DNA from: Bacteroidota bacterium
GTDB lineage: Bacteria; Bacteroidota; Bacteroidia; AKYH767-A; OLB10
NCBI GenBank assembly: GCA_031418215.1
Contig: JANOXC010000118.1
Location: forward strand, 25,388 to 89,387
Direction of reading: 5' to 3'
Length of the DNA stretch: 64,000 bases
Positions 56,531 to 64,000 of this stretch are shown here, in pieces (position 1 is the first letter of the stretch; each line of letters opens with the position of its first letter). Under the pieces are notes generated by a model that saw nothing but the letters and a program-made list of their open reading frames with translations, was not told where the DNA came from and did no database searches. The translations under genes were made by a program, and so were the position numbers.

Positions 56531-58828
56531 GTGCATAACCGAAACAGTATTAAAAACATTCTTGCCCCGGTAACCAAAAGATGGTATATCATCATCATTT
56601 TTCTGGCATTGGCCTCATTTGGTGCATGGCGCTATTTGCAGTCGGCTACTCCTAAATACCAGGCAAGCGCAACCGTTAAAATTGAAGACAATTCCGGTAT
56701 AACAGAAACCAAACTGTTTAAGGACTTCGATGTATTCAATCAAAATAACAAAACACAAACAGAAGTTGAGGTATTAAAATCACGCTATCTGTTTGAAAAA
56801 GCCTTACAGAAGCTGGACTTTTTTGTGGAGTATTATAAAACCACCGATCTGCGTACAGAAGAGTTGTACCACACATGCCCTTTTAAAGTAGATTATACCA
56901 TTACCGACAATTCGTTTAATGAGCAAACATTCGACTTCAAATATATTGGAGGCAACCGTTACAAAATTTATTATTCAATCAAGGACAAGGATTTTGAGCG
57001 CGAAGCAAGAATCGGAGAAAATATCAGTGAAAAAGGCTGGACCATTACCGTGGCAAAAGACACTGCTCATCATAACGCCATTTCAAAATCGGGACTGGCT
57101 GACTCTTACCGATTTATTATATATAATAAAGAGGCGCTTGCACAAAAGCTGATGAACCGTGATTTTATTGTTCGTGCCGTTGACAAGGATGTAAACATCA
57201 TCAAGATATATTATCAGCACGCTGTTCCGGAAAAAGCAATGAAATTAGTTAATGCCATTGCTGAGGCTTATTTAGAACAAGGGCTGAATGATAAGAAGGA
57301 TCTTGCAAACAGCACGCTTGACTTTATTAATAAACAACTTGAAATTGTTACCTCTGAACTTGTTAATGCACAAGATGCCATTAAGAAGTACAAGGTTGAT
57401 AATGAAATAATAAATATCTCACAACAGACAGACGCCACCTTTAAAACATTAAGTCAGCTTGAAATTCAAAAAGTTGATATTAATATGAAGCTCGCCATGC
57501 TGGAAAACCTTAGCGAGTATTTAAGGCGTAATAAAGAGGTAGATATTTCAGGACCTGAGTACAGCACTATTTCTGACCCGTTGTTTACGGAAGGAGTATC
57601 AAAACTAAACATCAAATTGCGTGAACGCATAACGGCATTAACACGATACACACAAAATGACCCGCATGTTTATAATATTGAAAACGAAGTAGCACAATTA
57701 CGCGATTACCTTGTGGAGAGCGTCAATAACACACGCAAGGAGTTGCTCACCAAACAAAATGAAGTGTATGCAGCAATTGACGAACAAAAAGCTTCATTTG
57801 ACGGGGTACCGGAAAAAGAAGCAACACTCAACGAACTCGGTCGTAATTTTTTCCTTTATGAAAAAGTATATAATTTCTTAATTGAAAAACGAACCGAAGC
57901 CTTAATCACCTCACAGGTTAATGTTTCTTTTAATAAAATTTTAGAGGTGGCCACACTGCCTTATGAACAGGAGTCGCCCATTGCAGAAGTTGTTTGGGGA
58001 ATTGCTTTATTCCTTGGATTAACATTGGGAATACTAACGGCTTATTTTGTACACTTAATTAAATCATCAGTATCCGGAAGAGAAGACATGGAAAAAATAA
58101 GCGACATACCATTTATTGGAAATGTAGAACGCTTCTCTAAAAACTCCAGTGGATACAATTCTTTTTCTGCACTCACAACACGTATATTATTGAACCAGTC
58201 AGATAAAGAAAAGCTGGTAATATCAGTAACCTCAACTTTAAAGGGCGAAGGAAAAACATTTGTTGCTACCGGACTGGCGCGCACATTAGCAGCCATGGAC
58301 AAGAAAGTTGTATTGGTAGACATGAATCTTTACAACCCAACACTACAGGAGTGGTTTGATATCAGAAACCCGATTGGAATAAGTGATGTGTATACCAATA
58401 AATCCGGAATTCATGATGCAATCAACATCACACCATTCCCAAATCTGGACCTCATTAATGCCGGCAGCGCTGACCATCCCATCAATCATTTGCTGGCAAC
58501 CGGAAAGACAAAAGAGATCATCGATGAACTGAGCAAGCATTATGATGCCGTAATCATTGATACACCTGAATCAGGAAAATATGTTGACGCAATACCGTTT
58601 ATGAAATGGAGCGATCTTAATCTATATATAGTGAAAGCGGACGACACCAGTGCTGAATTGATAAACAATGCCGAACTCATCAAAGAAGAATACCGACTGA
58701 AAGAAGTTTATTTTGTTTTGAATTCAATGCAGGAGAAACGCAACCATACCGGATACATCAACACCAAGAAATTAAAGAAAATAAAAAAGAACATTGTTCC
58801 CCAGCTCACCTCTTTGTTCGCCTGGTAA
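56531..58828 (+). CDS. polysaccharide co-polymerase / tyrosine autokinase (Wzc/GumC-like)
   Basis: A 765-aa protein. A Wzz-type N-terminal domain with transmembrane helices and a coiled periplasmic region is followed by a second transmembrane helix. The C-terminal P-loop ATPase has Walker A VTSTLKGEGKTFVA and Walker B VVLVDMN. Confidence 0.85.
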   Translation: MHNRNSIKNILAPVTKRWYIIIIFLALASFGAWRYLQSATPKYQASATVKIEDNSGITETKLFKDFDVFNQNNKTQTEVEVLKSRYLFEKALQKLDFFVEYYKTTDLRTEELYHTCPFKVDYTITDNSFNEQTFDFKYIGGNRYKIYYSIKDKDFEREARIGENISEKGWTITVAKDTAHHNAISKSGLADSYRFIIYNKEALAQKLMNRDFIVRAVDKDVNIIKIYYQHAVPEKAMKLVNAIAEAYLEQGLNDKKDLANSTLDFINKQLEIVTSELVNAQDAIKKYKVDNEIINISQQTDATFKTLSQLEIQKVDINMKLAMLENLSEYLRRNKEVDISGPEYSTISDPLFTEGVSKLNIKLRERITALTRYTQNDPHVYNIENEVAQLRDYLVESVNNTRKELLTKQNEVYAAIDEQKASFDGVPEKEATLNELGRNFFLYEKVYNFLIEKRTEALITSQVNVSFNKILEVATLPYEQESPIAEVVWGIALFLGLTLGILTAYFVHLIKSSVSGREDMEKISDIPFIGNVERFSKNSSGYNSFSALTTRILLNQSDKEKLVISVTSTLKGEGKTFVATGLARTLAAMDKKVVLVDMNLYNPTLQEWFDIRNPIGISDVYTNKSGIHDAINITPFPNLDLINAGSADHPINHLLATGKTKEIIDELSKHYDAVIIDTPESGKYVDAIPFMKWSDLNLYIVKADDTSAELINNAELIKEEYRLKEVYFVLNSMQEKRNHTGYINTKKLKKIKKNIVPQLTSLFAW

Positions 58829-58834
58829 TATATT

Positions 58835-60097
58835 ATGCAACTTACGCTTTCTGCATCTAAAAATTATTTAAAGAGTGCCACTGCATTAGTTTATACTGAT
58901 CAGCTGGTGGTGAGCGGTTTTAGTTTTATTTCCAGCGTAGTATTAGCACGATTTCTTGGAGTTCAGGGCTTTGGTATTTACAGCATTGCCTGGCTTGGCG
59001 TACTCATTGCCAGCAGCATCAATCAGCCACTGATCATTGCGCCGATGCTTACACTAAGCGGTAAGAAAAATGCGGAAGAAAAAAGCAGGTATTTGCAGGC
59101 GCTCATCTTCAAACAATTTTTATTTGCAGCATCGCTGAGCATTTTAGCCTTTTTTACTGTTCTGGCGATGAGTTATGTTCTTCCCGACTGGAAAGTAGGA
59201 AGCATCATTCTTGCATTTCCGCTTGCTGTATTCACATTCCTGCTGCAGGATTTTTTCAGACGATATTTCTTTGTAATTAACAAAGCACATAAAGCAATTA
59301 TGATTGACATTATTGCCTATGGCGGTGTGCTGCTAAGCGCATTTTTAATTCATTTTGTCCGTGATATAGACGCCCAATTTGTTTTATTGCTTACCGCATT
59401 ATTTTTTTTATATGCCTCACTTGCCGCATTAATTTCATTAAAGGAATTGCGTTTTAATATTAAAGAGATAAAAGCTGTTGTACTTGAACATTGGAGTTTT
59501 TCCAAATGGCTTACCGCAACTGCTGTGTTACAATGGTTTTCGGGCAACCTGTTTATTATTGCCGCGGGCGCCATACTTGGCCCGGCAGCCGTAGGCGCCA
59601 CCAGGATGGCGCAAAATATTGTTGGCGTCACCCATGTATTATTCCTGGCTATGGAAAACATTATTCCTACAAGGGCGTCCAATGCACAGCGCATTGGCGG
59701 AAACCAGCAGTTGTTTAAATACCTGATGAAATTTACTTTGCAGATGGGCGCAATTACTTTTACCTTATTGGGATTAATTACAATTTTCAGCCATCAGATA
59801 ATTAACTTTTTTTATGGAGCCGGCTATTTAGAATACCAAAACATATTAATAGGATTTTGTCTTTTATATGTAGTTGTATTTCTTGGTTATCCATTTCGCT
59901 ATGCTATTCGAACTTTGGAAAACACAAGGTTGATTTTTATTTCTTTTATAGTAAGCTCCATTTTTAGCGTGGCCCTTGCTTATCCGGTGATAAAAACTTT
60001 TGGACTTTATGGCGTTGTTGGAGGACTGATCTCTACACAGCTCATCACATTGGTAATTTATGCCTGGTCGCTGCGTAGGGAAATCAAGTGGCTTTAA
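58835..60097 (+). CDS. oligosaccharide flippase (Wzx-type, MOP superfamily)
   Basis: A 420-aa protein with about 12 transmembrane helices and no soluble domains. It sits within the exopolysaccharide locus. Confidence 0.65.
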   Translation: MQLTLSASKNYLKSATALVYTDQLVVSGFSFISSVVLARFLGVQGFGIYSIAWLGVLIASSINQPLIIAPMLTLSGKKNAEEKSRYLQALIFKQFLFAASLSILAFFTVLAMSYVLPDWKVGSIILAFPLAVFTFLLQDFFRRYFFVINKAHKAIMIDIIAYGGVLLSAFLIHFVRDIDAQFVLLLTALFFLYASLAALISLKELRFNIKEIKAVVLEHWSFSKWLTATAVLQWFSGNLFIIAAGAILGPAAVGATRMAQNIVGVTHVLFLAMENIIPTRASNAQRIGGNQQLFKYLMKFTLQMGAITFTLLGLITIFSHQIINFFYGAGYLEYQNILIGFCLLYVVVFLGYPFRYAIRTLENTRLIFISFIVSSIFSVALAYPVIKTFGLYGVVGGLISTQLITLVIYAWSLRREIKWL

Positions 60098-60182
60098 GGC
60101 AGTTTGAATTTTAGTCGAAAAACGGAAATTTCTTACGTAACATATTACAGCTTTGGGCGTAAAAAGAAGAAAAAAACTTCTT

Positions 60183-61301
60183 ATGCAAAAGGTCATTCAT
60201 CTTGTTTTAGGTAAAGCAAATCCAAACAGGATGAACGGCGTGAGCAAGGTTGCACACTACCATGCTTTGTATTTGCACAAGCTGGGTAGCGATGTTGAAA
60301 TTTGGGGCCTAACCAATACTCCTGGAGATCCTGTTATTGAAAGAGACGTGATAACACGGCTCTTTCGTTCTCAATACTTTTTCCGCGGGCTTGATCCATT
60401 ACTGATGATGGCAATTGAAAAACTGGAAGGCGATGTTGTTTTTCATATTCACGGAGCATTAATCCCTGACTTTTATTTGGTTTCAAGAATTTTACATGCT
60501 AAAAAGATACCCTTTGTTTATACGCCACACGGAGCCTTTAATGAAGTAGCATTGCGTAAGAACAAGTTATTAAAGAAATTATATATATCAGGGTTTGAAA
60601 AATGGATGTTGCGCCATGCTAAGATGGTTCAGTTCCTTGGCAAAAGTGAATATGACAACATTGCCAATATTATTAAACTTAAAAACAAGATCATTATTCC
60701 CAATGGACAGAGTTTTGAAGAATTGGGATTCCACTACCAATCACTACAGCATAGAAAAACACCTGTCTTCGGTTTTTGTGGCAGATTGGATAATTATTAT
60801 AAAGGGCTCGACCTATTAATAAAAGCATTCAGCGTTTATGTTGACAAAAATGGAAAAGGAGAGCTGTGGTTGATAGGCGATGGCCCCGACAGGCAAAAGC
60901 TGGAGCAACTAGTGATTGCCACCAACCTGGGTAACAGGGTAATATTTTATGGTGCGCGGTATGGAGAAGAAAAATGCAATCACATTTCCAACATGAATGT
61001 ATTTGTTCATCCTTCACATTCGGAAGGATCTCCTACAGCAGTGTTAGAAGCGGCTGCGCTTGGTCTGCCATTACTGGTAACAACAGGAACCAATGTAGGC
61101 GGATTGGTTGATCAGTATAAATGCGGCATCCATATTCCAAACAACAATGTAGAAACCATTGCGGATGCGCTAAAAGATTTCGATCAATTATATATAAATG
61201 GCGGGCTGGATAAAATGAAGGAAGCCTCTTTAAAAATGGTAAAACAAGAATTCGATTGGATTAAAATTGCAGAAAAACTAACCGCCATCTACAATTCATG
61301 A
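60183..61301 (+). CDS. GT4-family (GT-B) glycosyltransferase
   Basis: The C-terminal EX7E-type motif region reads SHSEGSPTAVLEAAALGLPLLVT. The N-terminal half is a GT4_N-like donor-binding region. Confidence 0.8.
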   Translation: MQKVIHLVLGKANPNRMNGVSKVAHYHALYLHKLGSDVEIWGLTNTPGDPVIERDVITRLFRSQYFFRGLDPLLMMAIEKLEGDVVFHIHGALIPDFYLVSRILHAKKIPFVYTPHGAFNEVALRKNKLLKKLYISGFEKWMLRHAKMVQFLGKSEYDNIANIIKLKNKIIIPNGQSFEELGFHYQSLQHRKTPVFGFCGRLDNYYKGLDLLIKAFSVYVDKNGKGELWLIGDGPDRQKLEQLVIATNLGNRVIFYGARYGEEKCNHISNMNVFVHPSHSEGSPTAVLEAAALGLPLLVTTGTNVGGLVDQYKCGIHIPNNNVETIADALKDFDQLYINGGLDKMKEASLKMVKQEFDWIKIAEKLTAIYNS

Positions 61302-62608
61302 CAGGGCCCCTGAGCGAAACCACTTCATTGCGTTACAGGCAGGAAAACAGTTTGTTTTACCTTTCTGTAATATTGATTTTGATTATGAGGCTGTGCAGCT
61401 ATTTTATGCTATCAGAAGCGGTGGTAGTTACACAATCAATTAAAATCATTTTGCGGTTTTCAACAGCCGGCTGGGCAATGCTAATGCTCTCCGGTTATTC
61501 AGGAAAACAAAGAAAATTCGATTTCACCTTTGAATATTCTCTGAGCCCGTTGTTGTATGCCTTTTACTTATTATTGGGCGTAGCCTCCTTGTTTTGGACA
61601 TCTTCTTTTAATGACAGTTTATTGCACCTGCTCATGGATGCCGAAACACTATTTTTTAGTTATATATATATTAGACTTATTTATTCCAGGAACAACACAA
61701 TCATTAATAACCCCATCAGATTAAGTAAAATTACAGCCACTTCAATTTTTATCATTTGCACAGGATTTATTATTGGTATGATGATAAACCCTGAAAAATT
61801 TTATCGATACACGCATGGAGGAGAAGAGGCAAGGCTTGGCGGATTCATTATCAATCCCAATGAATTAGGAATGCTGATTGTAATAGGAATTGCTACAGCC
61901 ATTATTGAACTTAAACACGCTTTCAACAAATGGTCGAAATGGGTGATGATGGCTCTTCTTTTGTATTCGCTGTTGTTAACCGGTTCACGATCCTCTATGG
62001 TGGGGTTGCTTATTATCATTCTTTATTTCGCCACACAAAGCAAGACCATACGAATGAAGCTTTTAATAAGCGGAACCTTATTGCTGGCCGCACCTTACGT
62101 ATTACTTCAGTTGTTCATCAAGCAAGGTAATGTGGATGAGGTTTTAAACATGACGGGACGAATACCATTCTGGCGCGACCTTATCACCTTTAATTTCCCA
62201 CGCGAACCATTGCTTGGATATGGGTATATGAGGATTGACTACGCTGATAAATTTGAAAGCATCAGCTCCTATGCAGGCGCCATGACGCACAATACCTTTT
62301 TGCAAGTGCTGATCGGACTTGGCCTTGTTGGATTATTTATCGTGCTTGCCCAAGTGGCCGCCACTGTTCATGCTATTGCAGTGAATAGCGATAAGGACAA
62401 AAAGCGATTGTGTATTGCCTTGTTTATACCCGTAATGATCAACTCATTTACTGAGTTTGGGGTTTTTGGCGAAACCAATTATGGCATCATGATGTATCTT
62501 TTTATAGTTTTTTCACTTGCCTTAAAACCTGTCAGTCGTTTTGTGCGTATAAAAACCACTAATGTCAACGACAGCAATCCAGTATTCCGATCTTCAGCTA
62601 TTACATAA
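61298..62608 (+). CDS. O-antigen ligase / Wzy-like polymerase family membrane protein
   Basis: A 436-aa protein with about 11 transmembrane helices. A periplasmic loop carries the conserved R/H-rich segment (LTGSRSSMVGLLI...HNTFLQVLIGLG) typical of the Wzy_C family. Confidence 0.6.
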   Translation: MTGPLSETTSLRYRQENSLFYLSVILILIMRLCSYFMLSEAVVVTQSIKIILRFSTAGWAMLMLSGYSGKQRKFDFTFEYSLSPLLYAFYLLLGVASLFWTSSFNDSLLHLLMDAETLFFSYIYIRLIYSRNNTIINNPIRLSKITATSIFIICTGFIIGMMINPEKFYRYTHGGEEARLGGFIINPNELGMLIVIGIATAIIELKHAFNKWSKWVMMALLLYSLLLTGSRSSMVGLLIIILYFATQSKTIRMKLLISGTLLLAAPYVLLQLFIKQGNVDEVLNMTGRIPFWRDLITFNFPREPLLGYGYMRIDYADKFESISSYAGAMTHNTFLQVLIGLGLVGLFIVLAQVAATVHAIAVNSDKDKKRLCIALFIPVMINSFTEFGVFGETNYGIMMYLFIVFSLALKPVSRFVRIKTTNVNDSNPVFRSSAIT

Positions 62609-63902
62609 TCTGTTTTGCGGAGCATCAGAGACGTTTACGGTTTATGATCCAAATGAAAGGTTACGAAGCAATAAAATAATCAATTACACCGAAGGAGATC
62701 CTTGCGAATTCAATCTTTCTGCAAACGGATTCACAGAAATACAGCCAATGAATTTTTATTTCGGCAGAAAAAAATGGTCTGCCGGGAAAAAGTTTATATA
62801 TATAAACAACCCTGATGGCACGATGCGCTGGTTGGTGCCATCGGCGAACAACACCGCCTCACACCTTTCTCTTTATAACGCAGAATCATTAAAAGCAAGG
62901 GTTTATAAAACCGTATCCAAGTTGCTTTTCCGGGTAGGCCTAGGTGAATTGCTCGGGACATCCTCTTTTTATGTTGCAAACAATCTGGAAAAAGAGGTAA
63001 AAAGAATATATAACATCAGCGACAAAGAACAGTATGCAGTTTTTACAGGAACAAGGGGCAATAACCGGAAAGTAGTACTTGCTGTAAGCGACGGAAAAAC
63101 AGTAACCCATTTTATCAAAATACCGATTAGTAAAAAGTCACAGGATTTAATAGAAAACGAAACTACCATGTTAAAAGAACTAAGCAAGTATGACTTCACC
63201 ACGCTAAGCATTCCGAGAGTTACAGACTCAAGAATAAAAGCGTATACAAGGTTAACGAATGTGAAGCCGGCCACAAAAATTTCTGCCGAACGCATCAGCG
63301 ATATCCATGTTCGCGCACTCACGGAGATGTATTCCGTTAACCACGAACGGAAAACGATTTTCGAATGTGCCGCATGGAGTGCAGTGAGCAACAACATGGA
63401 ATGGATGCAGCGAGAGCACACACTTTCAAATGGATTGGACGAACTAAAGACAAGAAGGGTGATTCATTTACTCCGCAAACTATACAACTCATTAAATATC
63501 GAAGAGGCCATTCCTGTTTCCGTATCTCACGGAGATTTTACACCCTGGAATATGTATTGCGACGAGCATCGACTTTATGTGTACGACTGGGAATTATCAA
63601 GTAATGGCATTCCTATGTTGTTCGACCTGTTTCATTTTATGTTTCAATCACAGGTTATGGTTCATCATCAGTCCTATCAGAATATCAGACAGCTGATCAA
63701 TGAAACCATAAAAAAACACAATGTACAGCGCCTTGTCAATAAATACCGTATTGATTCAGACCTTCATTACAGGCTGTATTTGTTGTTTACCATCAGCTAT
63801 TACATGCGATTATATATAGAAGAAAACGAATTGCTTACCCAATCGCACTGGATGGTTGATGCTTGGATGGATGCCCTTGAAGACGTTAACGGAAAGAACT
63901 AA
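62562..63902 (+). CDS. protein-kinase-like-fold phosphotransferase (APH/CotS-type) in the exopolysaccharide locus
   Basis: Brenner motif HGDFTPWN is followed by the metal-binding YVYDWE motif (HGD.....N ... D[FW]E). The long ORF overlaps the preceding gene by 47 bp, so the true start may be an internal ATG. Confidence 0.45.
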   Translation: MSTTAIQYSDLQLLHNLFCGASETFTVYDPNERLRSNKIINYTEGDPCEFNLSANGFTEIQPMNFYFGRKKWSAGKKFIYINNPDGTMRWLVPSANNTASHLSLYNAESLKARVYKTVSKLLFRVGLGELLGTSSFYVANNLEKEVKRIYNISDKEQYAVFTGTRGNNRKVVLAVSDGKTVTHFIKIPISKKSQDLIENETTMLKELSKYDFTTLSIPRVTDSRIKAYTRLTNVKPATKISAERISDIHVRALTEMYSVNHERKTIFECAAWSAVSNNMEWMQREHTLSNGLDELKTRRVIHLLRKLYNSLNIEEAIPVSVSHGDFTPWNMYCDEHRLYVYDWELSSNGIPMLFDLFHFMFQSQVMVHHQSYQNIRQLINETIKKHNVQRLVNKYRIDSDLHYRLYLLFTISYYMRLYIEENELLTQSHWMVDAWMDALEDVNGKN

Positions 63903-63905
63903 AAG

Positions 63906-64000
63906 ATGAATCAGCGGCAGGAGTTTTTGCAATATTTTTTTAATGACATTTCGGGTTACCGCTATGTTATTCTAAAAAACACCTATGACGACATTTATCA
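63906..64000 (+). CDS. hypothetical protein, 5' end only
   Basis: The open frame MNQRQEFLQYFFNDISGYRYVILKNTYDDIY... runs off the window. Confidence 0.3.
   Translation, partial: MNQRQEFLQYFFNDISGYRYVILKNTYDDIY

Overview
This is a Bacteroidota-type chromosomal window, most likely Chitinophagia or Sphingobacteriia. Several secreted proteins end in T9SS-type C-terminal sorting domains, small LytS/LytTR two-component pairs are present, and the intergenic regions are AT-rich. No rRNA, tRNA or CRISPR array was found. All gene names and domain/family labels below come from reading motifs in the translated ORFs; no database search was possible. Printed coordinates may be off by about 1 nt in places, because one printed sequence line holds 61 characters.

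The window splits into five blocks.

- **1-6.5 kb:** A small-protein block on the minus strand with a stress-related look. It holds an FAD oxidoreductase, a YihY/BrkB membrane protein, a PA2169/DUF2383-like four-helix-bundle protein, a YtxH protein, a holin-like membrane protein, a Met-rich secreted protein, a Fet4-like mini iron permease and a disordered hydrophilin-like protein.
- **6.6-21.5 kb:** T9SS cargo proteins (a CRTAC1/FG-GAP repeat protein, a beta-propeller protein, and a protein with two tandem DUF4397 domains). It also holds an AraC-family membrane-anchored regulator, a DUF4139 protein, two adjacent GNAT genes each with a frameshift in a homopolymer, and an IS200/IS605 TnpA element with hairpin ends. 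Downstream come a CarH/LitR-type B12-binding MerR regulator (Wx9EH and ExHxxG motifs), a LiaF/DUF2154 stress protein and a LytS-like kinase with a LytTR response regulator.
- **21.5-34.7 kb:** An AT-rich accessory island with no integrase. It contains four ORF6N copies in different states of decay, interspersed short repeats including a dense cluster at 24.3-25.0 kb, and an overlapping pair of a J-domain protein and a HIRAN-domain protein. It also contains a 266-aa orphan, a TPR lipoprotein-like protein, a 658-aa PD-(D/E)xK + P-loop nuclease-helicase of the DUF2075/Nhi type, a small vWA protein, a 606-aa AIPR-like protein and a DUF4242 protein. Shared roughly 30-bp direct repeats sit at 21.6, 27.1 and 34.65 kb and may mark the boundaries of two tandem islets. 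This island is the best candidate for a new or poorly described defence locus.
- **34.7-52.4 kb:** Core housekeeping genes. These are a Tat-signal pirin, a DUF4175-like giant coiled-coil protein, an HATPase protein, ybeY, mnmG, gltX, folB, rnr, a sulfotransferase, a MORN/YwqK repeat protein and nadA. Two unusual noncoding structures sit here: a 25-bp x ~9 tandem minisatellite at 35.97-36.2 kb, and a nested-palindrome ~275-bp element at 43.1-43.4 kb.
- **52.8-64 kb:** An exopolysaccharide / O-antigen locus. It holds GT2, rpiB, PAP2, thioredoxin, Wza-like, Wzc-like, Wzx, GT4 and Wzy-like genes, an APH-like kinase-fold protein, and the start of one more gene.
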